A stretch of DNA of 64,000 bases from Candidatus Omnitrophota bacterium (GCA_003154195.1 PMCS01000024.1:28-64027); one strand, 5' to 3'. Numbered from the stretch's first letter, positions 37,597 to 47,346 are shown. A program made the numbers and translations. Notes: generated by a model from the sequence alone, not told the origin.

Positions 37597-38367
37597 TTAT
37601 TTGGGGTTTACGGTGTTGGCTAAGGTAATATATTGTTTCAGGGAGATATTCTCCGGACGCAGATTGGGGTCGATGCCGCAGGATAACAGGATATCCTTTT
37701 TATCCTCCAGACGGAGAGCATTGATGATTTTTTTCCGGCGGTTGGCGAAGGCTTTCTTGATCAGTCCAAAGAGGAAATCCTCGTTTTCGGCCTTAACTGT
37801 AGGCGCAATCGAGAAATCCAGCATAGCAAAAGTAGAACTGACCTTAGGAATCGGCGAAAAGGCGTTAGCCGGGATATCAAAAATTTTAGTGATTTTAGCA
37901 TAATATTGTAAATAGCAGCTTAAAAAAACGTAATCATCAGTTGAGGGTTTAGCGATAAGCTTATCGATGAATTCTTTCTGGCAAGTCAAGTAAGCGTGTT
38001 TGATAAATGACCGATTTTCAATCAGACATTTAATGATCGGACTACTGATGCAGTAAGGGATATTGCCAAACACAATCACCTTATCCTTGAGACAGGAAAA
38101 ATCAAAAGTAAGAATATTTTTATTCACCAACTCGATATTTTTATAATTAATGAATTGGATAACCAGTAATTCATGTAATTTTGGGTCGACTTCTACGGCA
38201 TAGAGTTTTTTGGCTTCCTGCGCCAGGTATTTAGTTATCGCGCCCTTCCCCGGCCCGATCTCGAGCACAGTCTCCCCGGTAACGTTGATCGAATTTTTGA
38301 TTTTTTCGATATAACTTAAGTTGGTGAGAAATACCTGGCCGAGAGTTTTGCGATTTAGATAGCTCAT
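37597..38367 (-). CDS. rsmA: 16S rRNA (adenine1518/1519-N6)-dimethyltransferase
   Basis: KsgA/Dim1-family N-terminus (LGQVFL...LEIGPGKGAIT). Confidence 0.85.
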   Translation of the reverse strand: MSYLNRKTLGQVFLTNLSYIEKIKNSINVTGETVLEIGPGKGAITKYLAQEAKKLYAVEVDPKLHELLVIQFINYKNIELVNKNILTFDFSCLKDKVIVFGNIPYCISSPIIKCLIENRSFIKHAYLTCQKEFIDKLIAKPSTDDYVFLSCYLQYYAKITKIFDIPANAFSPIPKVSSTFAMLDFSIAPTVKAENEDFLFGLIKKAFANRRKKIINALRLEDKKDILLSCGIDPNLRPENISLKQYITLANTVNPK

Positions 38368-39581
38368 ATTAAAACCTGAATATAAACCAAAAACCTACCA
38401 CCAAGACACTAAGGCACAAAAAACAAAGACTAAAAATAAATTTTCACCACAGAGAACACAGAGCGCACAGAGAAAACAGAACCAAGAAACTTTTCCCCAC
38501 CCGCTCGCTTCGCTCGCTGGAGAGCACGAAGCCCACGAAGGGAAAACAAATTTTTACCGCAAAGGCGGTGTGTAGCGGAGCGAAGCGTAACCTCCCCAAA
38601 AGGGGACAAAGTGCGCAAGGTAAATAATTAAGTACGTGTCCCCGGAACTTCGAACTTAAAATAAGTTTTAATGGTTTTTCATGGAATCTCTTCCGAATAT
38701 TAAAAAAAAGGGATAGTTAAATTGTCTTGTCAAAATTATGAATTTTCCATCCTGAACGGACGGCCCAGACATTAGTTCAATTTCATCTTTATCTTCGATA
38801 TAATAAAAAGCCATACCGAAGATGTCATTCCTATTGGCAAGTTCTTCGGGTATAGGAATTTTTATTTTTATTATATCGTCAGCATATCCGGATTGGCTTG
38901 TGTCTTTACTTATGGGGGAAACTTTAATTACACTGACTTTTCCCCCGTAAGTAACTTTAACTTTAGGATGCTCGAAATAAGCCGCCGCTACGCTTACACT
39001 TATTTTTTGTTCTGTTTTTAATGCATTTTGAGGAAATTCTATTTCTACGCCGTCAAGAGGGTAGTCGGAATTCGGAACAGTTATGAGACCGCCTTTAGGG
39101 CCTATTGTTTGTGAGCATATTTCAACAAAATTAGATTCATACGTTATAATTTTAGCTTGAGCGCAAAATGTTGATCCGGGAAGCATTAATGTAATAAGCC
39201 CAAGATAAAAGATATTAAGGAATTTTTTCACGAAAACATCCTTTTTTATTTTCCTCTGACAAAAAAATCATACGACAATCCTATTTTTTAATATTAGTTG
39301 AAAGTCTTTAGCGGCCGGGGTGTCTTCTAGTTAATAATAACGCGAAAAAGTATTTGTCTTTATCTTTGGAAATCTGCGTAATCTGTGGACAAAAATATTT
39401 TGTATTTCTTTGTACCTTAGCAGTCAGAAATCATTCTTCCAGTTTTTTCATTCCTCTTCCTTATCTCTTGTTTTTTGCTCTTTTTCTTTTGGTATCTCTC
39501 TGCGAACTCTGTGCGCTCTGTGGTGAAAATTTTATTTTTTGTGCCTTGGTAGTAAATTTTTTGGTTTATCTTCTTTTGTTT
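38368..39581. mobile_element. 1.2-kb cassette with about 100-bp imperfect terminal inverted repeats inserted between pdxA and rsmA/ksgA (MITE-like; carries one secreted-protein gene)
   Basis: left inverted repeat 38372-38492 and right inverted repeat 39460-39581 are reverse complements (shared ...attttcaccacagag...cgcacagag... and ttaccaccaaggcacaaaaaa cores); both abut the flanking genes directly. Confidence 0.55.
38668..39231 (-). CDS. hypothetical secreted protein (cassette passenger gene)
   Basis: N-terminal signal peptide MKKFLNIFYLGLITLMLPGSTFCAQA; no recognisable domain. Confidence 0.5.
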   Translation of the reverse strand: MKKFLNIFYLGLITLMLPGSTFCAQAKIITYESNFVEICSQTIGPKGGLITVPNSDYPLDGVEIEFPQNALKTEQKISVSVAAAYFEHPKVKVTYGGKVSVIKVSPISKDTSQSGYADDIIKIKIPIPEELANRNDIFGMAFYYIEDKDEIELMSGPSVQDGKFIILTRQFNYPFFLIFGRDSMKNH

Positions 39582-40520
39582 TTATTTGTTTGAAAGCTTC
39601 ACCGCTAACTTTATGGCTTCAATCATCGACGAAATAAACGGCTTCTTCCCCTGCCGCATCAGGCCGAACGCCGTGCCATGGTCCGGCGAAGTACGGATAA
39701 CCGGAAGGCCGATAGTCAGGTTTACCGCGGTTTCGAAGGCGAGCAGTTTTAAGGGAATCATCCCCTGGTCGTGATAGCTGCAGATGACACAATCGTATTT
39801 TTTTAACGCGTCTTCGGTGAATAATGTATCGCAAGGATATGGCCCAAAAACGCCTTCTTTGAATAAACGCGCCGCGGCCAGAAGTTCTTTTTCTTCTTTG
39901 CCTAAAAACGTATCGACACCGGCATGGGGATTAAAGGAGGCCATGACGAGGCGCGGTTTTTTTATTTTAAATAATTTTTTTAAGGCAGCGCGGGTAAGGT
40001 TTATTGTCTTGGCAATTTTTTGTCGTTCCAGAAGAGCCGGGACTTTTACCAGCGGTACATGGCGCGTCATCAGGACGACTTTCAGTTTTTCCGAGACCAT
40101 CATCATCTCATAGTTCTTTACCTTAAAATAATCGGCAAGGTACTCGGTGTGGCCGCAAAATCCCGGCAAAGTTAAGGCGACGGCTTCTTTGGATACCGGC
40201 GCGGTTACGATGGTGATTTTTTTGTCGCTCGCTATTCCCAGGGCTTTATTGATGTAATCAAGCGAAGCTCTTCCGGTTATCCTTGACGGCTTACCGGGCT
40301 TTACTTTATCGATGCCGGAAGTATTGTTGTCGATAAATGTTAATCGGCCGGATATTTTTTTGAATGTCGCCAGGCGGGTAAGTATCTTTTCGTCGCCGAT
40401 TACGATAAATTTTACGTTTTTAAAGGTTTTCTGTCTCAGCAGGAATTCAATAGCGCGGACAGTAATGTCGGGGCCGCATCCAGCCGGATCACCGGTGGTT
40501 ATGATTACTTTAGCGGGCAT
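39582..40520 (-). CDS. pdxA: 4-hydroxythreonine-4-phosphate dehydrogenase
   Basis: PdxA-family N-terminus (ITTGDPAGCGPDI) and metal-binding His residues. Confidence 0.85.
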   Translation of the reverse strand: MPAKVIITTGDPAGCGPDITVRAIEFLLRQKTFKNVKFIVIGDEKILTRLATFKKISGRLTFIDNNTSGIDKVKPGKPSRITGRASLDYINKALGIASDKKITIVTAPVSKEAVALTLPGFCGHTEYLADYFKVKNYEMMMVSEKLKVVLMTRHVPLVKVPALLERQKIAKTINLTRAALKKLFKIKKPRLVMASFNPHAGVDTFLGKEEKELLAAARLFKEGVFGPYPCDTLFTEDALKKYDCVICSYHDQGMIPLKLLAFETAVNLTIGLPVIRTSPDHGTAFGLMRQGKKPFISSMIEAIKLAVKLSNK

Positions 40521-40692
40521 ATATGTAGTAAGTAGAGGGATGAAAAGAAAATTGTTTTCCGTTGAAAGGTTGCGTAGCTCGTCACGGCGTTCGGCAAAAA
40601 AGACGGTAACCGTATGACGATAAACAATTCGAGTTACGCAACCGATAACCGATTGACGTATTTTTTCTCTTTACTTTTCGCTCTCTACTTCC

Positions 40693-41682
40693 TTAACGGT
40701 ATTCGTCATCCAGTATGTTGATTACGGCGTTTTCTTTTAGTTCCTTAAGCCACGCGTCGAGTTTTTCGACGTATTCTCTTTGCCATAACATGTTGGCTAT
40801 TTTTTCTCTGGCTTCTTCAAGAGGGACCACGCGTTCGGGTATTATTTTTGATAAATAAATCAAATAATCGATACCTTCTATTTTTTGTATCGCCAATTCC
40901 CCTTCCTTGAGTTTTACCAGCATACCACTAATGCCCTCTTTTAATTCATTCGCCGGCGATTCCAGTTTTACCAGCTCGTTTTTATATTTGTCGATACTTT
41001 TTTCTTCGCCGTTTTCTTTTAGAAACGCGGCAATCGCCGTCAGGATATTTTTGTCGGCGTTCTTCGCGAGCAGGAATACATATTTAAGCGGGGCAATCAT
41101 TTCTTTTAAATTGGCATTGTACGCATCGATAATTTTTTGAGGAGAAATATTGATGTTGTACCGGACATGCATGTCGATGGCATCCCTGACGAGTAGTTGT
41201 TCTTTTATACGCTCTCTCAATATTGTCAGGCTTATCCCCTTATCGACCAGGGATTTTTCGAATTCGACTCTTGAAGGGTACCCCGCGGTTATTTCGTCGA
41301 TGCGTTTTTCGATTTCCTCCGGCGGTATCTCCAGCGACTTTTTTCTCTTTTCATCTTTTTCATTCTTTATCGCTTCTTCCCGTTCCCTTTTCGCCGCGTC
41401 AATCGTAAGCTGGTCGTCAACTATATGGCTAAGAATATATTTTTTTAATTCTTTTTCATCTTTAGGCAATTGGTCCTTAACTTCAGGGGGTTGATATTCA
41501 AGAATGATCCGGTAATCCCGGGCATCTTGCGATGTTATCGCCCGGTCGTTTACTTTGGCGATTATTTTTGCAATCGCGTCAGCGTATACCCGGCAAGGCA
41601 TAAATAATAAAACCAGCCCGAGTACCCTAAAGAATACCGTTAAATAACGTTTTATTTGTAACCTTTTTTTTGCATTTACCAT
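40693..41682 (-). CDS. SurA N-terminal-domain-like periplasmic chaperone (no obvious PPIase domain)
   Basis: signal peptide and helical SurA-N-like region; synteny with pdxA-ksgA. Confidence 0.5.
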   Translation of the reverse strand: MVNAKKRLQIKRYLTVFFRVLGLVLLFMPCRVYADAIAKIIAKVNDRAITSQDARDYRIILEYQPPEVKDQLPKDEKELKKYILSHIVDDQLTIDAAKREREEAIKNEKDEKRKKSLEIPPEEIEKRIDEITAGYPSRVEFEKSLVDKGISLTILRERIKEQLLVRDAIDMHVRYNINISPQKIIDAYNANLKEMIAPLKYVFLLAKNADKNILTAIAAFLKENGEEKSIDKYKNELVKLESPANELKEGISGMLVKLKEGELAIQKIEGIDYLIYLSKIIPERVVPLEEAREKIANMLWQREYVEKLDAWLKELKENAVINILDDEYR

Positions 41683-41874
41683 TTTCAATCTTTCTAAATC
41701 CGCTGCGGGCGGATTTACCGATAAGCCTACCATGCGGTTCAGCAGTAGGGTAGGCTTATTCTCCTTCGCCGAATACCCTGTGGTCTTGCCACAGGGATGA
41801 AGGCTATGATCTTCGGCTTCGGAGAAATGAAGCTGGATACCCCGCGGTCTTGCCGCGGGGAGAACATTGGTGCT

Positions 41875-42192
41875 TCATTTTTTAATTTTTAATTGTACCC
41901 GGCTCCAGCCGATGGTGCAATAAAATATTCCTGCCAGAAAAATTGCGGCGACGATTATTATGGAAACAACCGCCGGCGAAACAGAATAGTTAATTATTAA
42001 TTTCACAATCACGCAGAGCAGAATGGTTATCGTGTAGCCGGCGCCCAGAGAAATCATCGGCCAGAATAAAAAATCTCTTGTCCGTACCACCGATTTCGTT
42101 CCGCAGTTGGAACATTCAAATCCGGTCAGCATCGTATGCGTGGATAACCGGTACCACGGGATCGGTTTATTACATTTGGGACATTCCGCCAT
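41875..42192 (-). CDS. small zinc-ribbon membrane protein
   Basis: CPKC...CSNC pairs followed by two TM helices. Confidence 0.5.
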   Translation of the reverse strand: MAECPKCNKPIPWYRLSTHTMLTGFECSNCGTKSVVRTRDFLFWPMISLGAGYTITILLCVIVKLIINYSVSPAVVSIIIVAAIFLAGIFYCTIGWSRVQLKIKK

Positions 42193-42214
42193 GTTGTATA
42201 TTTTTTTAGCACAG

Positions 42215-42390
42215 ATGATCGCTGATTAGAAGATGCAGATTACCGCAGACAGGAACCAAATTAGAATACTCCGCAAATTTTAATTAAGCAAAATTAGTGA
42301 GTATTATAAAGACGAATAGCTTGCAACCGGTTCTTCTAATCTATCATCGCCAATCTTTTTATCAGCGGCCATCAGCATCTTCTAATCAGC
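42215..42390. repeat. inverted pair of GATGATCGCTGATTAGA(A/T)GATGCAGAT elements (family C)
   Basis: 42222-42238 cgctgattagaagatgc and 42368-42384 gcatcttctaatcagcg form a perfect 17-bp inverted repeat; homologous copies at 7421-7465 and 54640-54790. Confidence 0.8.
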
Positions 42391-42394
42391 GATT

Positions 42395-44287
42395 CTAACC
42401 GACTTCTATTTTAAACGCTTCCTTCAAATATTCAACCTCTTTCTTCAGCAGGCGGCAATAAAGGTCAAAGCCGACCATCCAGATGAAACCGTGCTGCTCT
42501 TTACCCAGGACATTCCCCGCCCCGCGTAATTCAAGGTCGCTCATGGCGATATCGAAGCCGGCGCCCAGATGCGAAAACTCCGTTATCAACTCCAGCCTTT
42601 TTCTCGCTTCTCCGGGGATTTCCGCTAACCGGGGGATTACCAGGTAGGCGTACGCCTGGAGATTGAAACGGCCCACCCGGCCGCGTAATTGATGGAGGTC
42701 GGCGAAACCAATTTGATGGGCGTTGTTGATAATGATGGTGTTGGCGCTGGGTATATCGATTCCCGATTCGACAATGGCAGTAGAAATCAGGCAATCGATT
42801 CGTTTTTCGATAAAGGAAAGCATGACTTTTTCTATCTCATGGGAAGGAAGCCGCCCGTGCACGACTCCGATTTTCACTTCCGGCGGCAGGACTCTTCTTA
42901 ATGTCTTTTCCAGCTCATATATTGTTTCAATGCGGTTATGGACGATAAATACTTCGCCGCCGCGATTAATTTCTTTTACGACCGCTTCTTTCAGGAGTGC
43001 CGGCGAGAATTCAGCGATTCTTGTCTTCACCGCGAGCCTTTCCTGCGGCGGCGTCTGAATCAGGGATATATTTTTCATTCCAATCAGTCCCATATAGAGA
43101 GTGCGCGGTATCGGCGTCGCGGTGAGTGTTAAAATATCGATGCCGATTTTCACTTTTTTTAATATTTCTTTATGTTCGACGCCGAATTTATGCTCTTCAT
43201 CGATAATCAGCAGGCCTAAATCCTTAAAGGCAATATCCTGCGAAAGAAGCCGGTGGGTGCCGATGACAATGTCGATTTTTCCTTCGCTTACTTCCCGGAC
43301 AATTCTTTCCTGCTGCGCGGTAGAGCGAAAACGTGACAGCATCTCCACTTTTACGGGAAAATTTTCCAGGCGTTTGCATAGGTTGGTATAGTGCTGGTAG
43401 GCCAGGATTGTCGTGGGAACGAGGAAAGCTACTTGTTTGGAATCCATGACCGCCTTAAACGCCGCGCGCATCGCCACTTCGGTTTTCCCATAACCGACGT
43501 CGCCGCAGATTATCCGATCCATGCAGATATCCGATTCCATATCGTGTTTTACGTCGCGGACAGCATTAGCCTGGTCCGGCGTCTCGGTATAGGGAAAAGT
43601 CAGTTCAAAATCTTTCTGCCAGGGGGTATCGGCCGAATATTTAAAACCGCCGATGATTTTACGCTGCGCCTGCATCCGTAAAAGTTCCAGGGCGAATTCT
43701 TTTATCCCCCGGCCCACTTTCTCTTTCAGCCTGGTCCATTCCTTTGAGCCCAGGCGGCTTAATTTTGGATGTTTCGATGTGAAATTTACGTATTTCTGGA
43801 TCAGGTGGGCGTCTTCTTTGGAAACGTAAAGCTTATCGCCTTTTTCATAATGCAGCTCAAGGTAACTGCCCTCTATTCCTTTAACCGTTAATTTTTTAAC
43901 GCCGGAGAATTTTCCGATGCCATAGCGGTTATGCACCACATAATCGCCGGCTTTTATGCGCAATACCGCGTCGAGCGGAAGGTCTTCGTTGGCGTACTTC
44001 CTGGCTTTTTTGAAATGCGGGATAATAATAAGAAAATCGTAATCGATGATTTTCTTATTCATTATTTTGTCGAAGCTGTAAATTTTTCTGACGGTGTCGA
44101 GCTCCCATTCCAATCGGAGAGGAAAATTGAAATTGACGGGGAAAATCTGCAGAGTATCGCCCCGGACCGAAAAATCGCCTTCTTCGGCGATTTCGTCGCA
44201 GCGACGGTAGCCTAAATCACAAAGAGCTTTCTCGGTATTTACCAGAGAAAGCTCTTTGTTAAGATAAAGTTTTAAAGTATTAAACAT
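42395..44287 (-). CDS. mfd: transcription-repair coupling factor Mfd, short form lacking the N-terminal UvrB-homology domains
   Basis: RNAP-interaction domain (IGKFSGV...), SF2 helicase motifs (DEEH, TATPIPRT, QLRGRVGR) and C-terminal TRCF domain; only 630 aa. Confidence 0.7.
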   Translation of the reverse strand: MFNTLKLYLNKELSLVNTEKALCDLGYRRCDEIAEEGDFSVRGDTLQIFPVNFNFPLRLEWELDTVRKIYSFDKIMNKKIIDYDFLIIIPHFKKARKYANEDLPLDAVLRIKAGDYVVHNRYGIGKFSGVKKLTVKGIEGSYLELHYEKGDKLYVSKEDAHLIQKYVNFTSKHPKLSRLGSKEWTRLKEKVGRGIKEFALELLRMQAQRKIIGGFKYSADTPWQKDFELTFPYTETPDQANAVRDVKHDMESDICMDRIICGDVGYGKTEVAMRAAFKAVMDSKQVAFLVPTTILAYQHYTNLCKRLENFPVKVEMLSRFRSTAQQERIVREVSEGKIDIVIGTHRLLSQDIAFKDLGLLIIDEEHKFGVEHKEILKKVKIGIDILTLTATPIPRTLYMGLIGMKNISLIQTPPQERLAVKTRIAEFSPALLKEAVVKEINRGGEVFIVHNRIETIYELEKTLRRVLPPEVKIGVVHGRLPSHEIEKVMLSFIEKRIDCLISTAIVESGIDIPSANTIIINNAHQIGFADLHQLRGRVGRFNLQAYAYLVIPRLAEIPGEARKRLELITEFSHLGAGFDIAMSDLELRGAGNVLGKEQHGFIWMVGFDLYCRLLKKEVEYLKEAFKIEVG

Positions 44288-44301
44288 CTATGCGGATGTT
44301 A

Positions 44302-46464
44302 CTATACACGGGTCTTGCGCACAAAAAGCACTAGGACCGAACTTACGTAAATCGTAGAATAGATTCCCGATAGAAACCCTATAAGTAATACGAAAGAAAA
44401 ACTGCTCAAGCCTTCTCCGCCCAAAAAATACATCGACGAAGTAACCATTAAAACGGTAAGAGTGGTTATGACTGTTCGGCCAAAAACTTCGTTCATGGCG
44501 GTATTCATGAGTTGAGCGATATTAGCTTTAGGTATACGCGGAGCCAGTTCCCGGATGCGGTCATAGAGAACGATGGTGTCACTGACCGAATAACCGGCGA
44601 TGGTCAGAAGCGCGGTGATGGTGAGAAGGTCGATTTCATAACCCTTGATACAGGTAATGCCAAGCGCGATAAGGACGTCGTAGAGCAGCCCGAGCACCGC
44701 GGCCATGGCGAAATCCCAGTGCCGAAAACGAAATACGATATAAATCAGGATGCCCAGCAGGGAAAAGAGAACTGCCAGGACGGCTTTTTGTTTCAACTGG
44801 GCGCCGGCCGCCGGCCCGACTTTGGTCACTTTCAGGCGTTCGTAATCTTTAAAGTTTTTCTTTAACGAACGTTCGACCGTGGCGGTAATATCCTCCCGGC
44901 TTTTGATGATGACTCCTCCGGGGATACTTTCGATTTCCTGGATCGCTTCGGTGGTAATGCCGTCTTGCTTAAGAGCTCCCCGGACATTTTCTATTTTCGG
45001 TAACGAAGGTATTTTATACTCCAGGACTAAACCGCCGCGGAAATCTACGCCATAGGCTTTTTCACCCCGCGAATGGAAACTGAACAGGCCGACGATTACC
45101 AAGATCATCGATGCCGTGAACATCACGTTTTTAATCTTAAAGAAATTAATCTGCATTTTGGGGAAAAGATGCAGCATGGGAAACTTTTGCATTTTGATGG
45201 TATTAAGCAGGTAAGACAGCATAGTCTTGGAGACGTAAATCGAAGTAAACATACTCACGGCCAAACCCAGGATGAGTGTTGTCGCAAAACCTTTGATCGG
45301 ACCGGTTCCGAAAGTAAAAAGGAAAATTGCGGCGATAACGTTGGTCAAATGAGTATCGAGAATCGTGATAAAGGTGCGGTCATAGCTGTTTTTCATGGCC
45401 GAGCCCAGAGATTTTTTAAGGTTTAGCTCATCCCTCAAACGCTCATAGATCAACACGTTGGCGTCGACGGCCATCGCCAGAGATAAGATTAAGCCGGCGA
45501 TACCCGGTAGGGTCAGGGTAGCATGCATGAGGCTTAAACCGGCTAAGGTAAGCAAAAGGTTCAGGACAAGGCAAAGGCAAGCGACGATACCGCCGATGGT
45601 GTAGTAGATCATCATGAAAAGGAAGACCACACCTACGCCTACCAGCGATGAGATAATGCCGTGTTTGATGGAATCCGAACCAAGCAGGGGGCCTACGGTA
45701 CGTTCCTCTTCGACGGTTAACGGCACAGGTAGGGCACCCGAATTAAGAATCGATACCAGGAGTTTGGCTTCGTCAATAGGGAAGTCTCCGGTGATTTCCG
45801 CGCCGCCGCTTAAAATTGCTTCTTTTATCATCGGAGCGCTCATCACCTTGTTGTCCAGGATGATGGCCAGGCGTTTGCCGACGTTTTCTTCGGTAACCCG
45901 GGCAAATTGTTTCATCCCCTGGGAAGTAAACTGCAATTTTACGTCCGCCGCGCCGTAATTGTCGAATCCGACATAGCTTTCCGCCAAGTCCGCGCCGGTG
46001 AGCGAAGCTTTTTGGCCGACCAGGAGCCAGGAGTTTTGATATTCGAGAAAATCGCAACCCGCGGTCACATTCCCTTTTATCGCCGCCTCGAATTTATCTT
46101 TATCTTCATCGACGATTTTAAATTCGAGTTTCCCCGCTTCTTTCAGCTTATCGATTATGCTCCGGTCGACGACGCCGGGAAGCTGTGCCAGGATCGAATC
46201 GACGCCCTGGACCTGTATCGTTGTTTCTTTAACGCCGTAAGCGTCGATGCGGGTGCGGATTTTTTCGATGGCGCCGCTGATCGCGTCGCCTAATTTGTCG
46301 CTTTTGATACCGCTGGTATCGGCGTGCAGCAACACATACGTTCCGCCTTTAAGGTCGAGGCCCTGGTTTATTTTTTTATCCAGCGGCCAGATTAAATAAG
46401 CGCTGGCGATAGTGAGAGCCAATATTATAACGACCCTTACTTTTAGATTAGCTGTACTGACCAT
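44302..46464 (-). CDS. secDF: protein translocase subunit SecDF (fused)
   Basis: SecD N-terminal periplasmic domain plus two 6-TM bundles. Confidence 0.85.
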   Translation of the reverse strand: MVSTANLKVRVVIILALTIASAYLIWPLDKKINQGLDLKGGTYVLLHADTSGIKSDKLGDAISGAIEKIRTRIDAYGVKETTIQVQGVDSILAQLPGVVDRSIIDKLKEAGKLEFKIVDEDKDKFEAAIKGNVTAGCDFLEYQNSWLLVGQKASLTGADLAESYVGFDNYGAADVKLQFTSQGMKQFARVTEENVGKRLAIILDNKVMSAPMIKEAILSGGAEITGDFPIDEAKLLVSILNSGALPVPLTVEEERTVGPLLGSDSIKHGIISSLVGVGVVFLFMMIYYTIGGIVACLCLVLNLLLTLAGLSLMHATLTLPGIAGLILSLAMAVDANVLIYERLRDELNLKKSLGSAMKNSYDRTFITILDTHLTNVIAAIFLFTFGTGPIKGFATTLILGLAVSMFTSIYVSKTMLSYLLNTIKMQKFPMLHLFPKMQINFFKIKNVMFTASMILVIVGLFSFHSRGEKAYGVDFRGGLVLEYKIPSLPKIENVRGALKQDGITTEAIQEIESIPGGVIIKSREDITATVERSLKKNFKDYERLKVTKVGPAAGAQLKQKAVLAVLFSLLGILIYIVFRFRHWDFAMAAVLGLLYDVLIALGITCIKGYEIDLLTITALLTIAGYSVSDTIVLYDRIRELAPRIPKANIAQLMNTAMNEVFGRTVITTLTVLMVTSSMYFLGGEGLSSFSFVLLIGFLSGIYSTIYVSSVLVLFVRKTRV

Positions 46465-46485
46465 TTTGTTTACCTCCCTGCGAAT

Positions 46486-46770
46486 TTACGATTTTACCAC
46501 TACGTGGCCAACGGCATTTTTGTCGATTTCTATTTTTACGTTATCATCAATGCGTAAAGTAAAAGTTTTATCCTTGATGTTTACGATTGTCCCATAGATG
46601 CCTCCCGATGTTACCACTTCGTCGTTTTTCTTGATGCCATCGAGCATTGCCTGGCGTTTTTTTTGTTCGGTTGACTGCGGCCTGATGAAGAAAAAATAAA
46701 ACATAATAAAAATAAATATTATCGGTAAAAACTGGTAAATCGCTGCGGCAGAGCCGGTATTTGGCTGCAT
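46486..46770 (-). CDS. yajC: preprotein translocase subunit YajC
   Basis: single TM plus a conserved C-terminus; SD AAGGAG before the ATG at 46770; the longer ORF upstream is repeat-derived. Confidence 0.75.
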   Translation of the reverse strand: MQPNTGSAAAIYQFLPIIFIFIMFYFFFIRPQSTEQKKRQAMLDGIKKNDEVVTSGGIYGTIVNIKDKTFTLRIDDNVKIEIDKNAVGHVVVKS

Positions 46771-46925
46771 TACATATCTCCTTTTTATTTGAACCGCAAA
46801 AAAACCGCCGAATTTATTCGGCGGATTGCCTGCCGGTAAGGCAGGCATGCGGGGCAAATAATCCCGCCGCATTTTGGCGGGATTATTTGGGTGAAGCCAC
46901 CGGCGAAGTCGCCGTTGATACACTA
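46771..46925. repeat. cluster of four GC-rich hairpins (REP-like), including an ATAATCCCGCCGcATTTTGGCGGGATTAT unit shared with 31681-31712
   Basis: hairpins ccgccgaatttattcggcgg, gcctgccggtaaggcaggc, atcccgccgcattttggcgggat and cggcgaagtcgccg. Confidence 0.7.
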
Positions 46926-47158
46926 TTCCGATATTTTTTCGCCAGGGACGCCACTGTGTCTGTGGGTATTGCGCCTTTTTTTACCCATGCGTCATACTTT
47001 ACGAGTTCCATCTTTAATATTTTGCTGGCGGGATCATAATGCCCTAAATAATCGACAAATTTACCGTCGCGCGCTTTGCATTTTTCGATAACCACAATTT
47101 TGCTTGCGACCCTGCCCTTAGCTACTTTGCCGGGCCGGCGTAATCTGATTCTTAACAT
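46883..47158 (-). CDS. rpsP: 30S ribosomal protein S16
   Basis: MLRIRLRRPGKV... S16 signature; SD AAGGAGG. Confidence 0.85.
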   Translation of the reverse strand: MLRIRLRRPGKVAKGRVASKIVVIEKCKARDGKFVDYLGHYDPASKILKMELVKYDAWVKKGAIPTDTVASLAKKYRNSVSTATSPVASPK

Positions 47159-47210
47159 GTTTTTCCTCCTTAGCTGAATTCCAGTATATAAAACTAAAAC
47201 AAAAAACTTA

Positions 47211-47338
47211 GTCCACAGATCTCTCAGATTTATTCGGATCCAAAAATTAGTAGATAAATAAAAAAATAAAAGAACTATTTTTCTTACATTTGCTTTATCA
47301 TTTCCGGAAATCCATGAAAATCTGCGTAATCTGTGGAC
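47211..47338. repeat. inverted pair of GTCCACAGATT-nCnCAGATTT elements upstream of rpsP
   Basis: 47211-47241 gtccacagatctctcagatttattcggatcc; 47304-47338 is its reverse complement. Confidence 0.8.
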
Positions 47339-47346
47339 AAAAAGTT

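Noticed and set aside
46486-46923. Long yajC ORF (145 aa) and ORF 31560-31748 sharing an NPAKxRRDY peptide
   Set aside because: The shared peptide is the translation of the REP-like GC hairpin unit. YajC proper starts at the ATG at 46770 behind a good SD.
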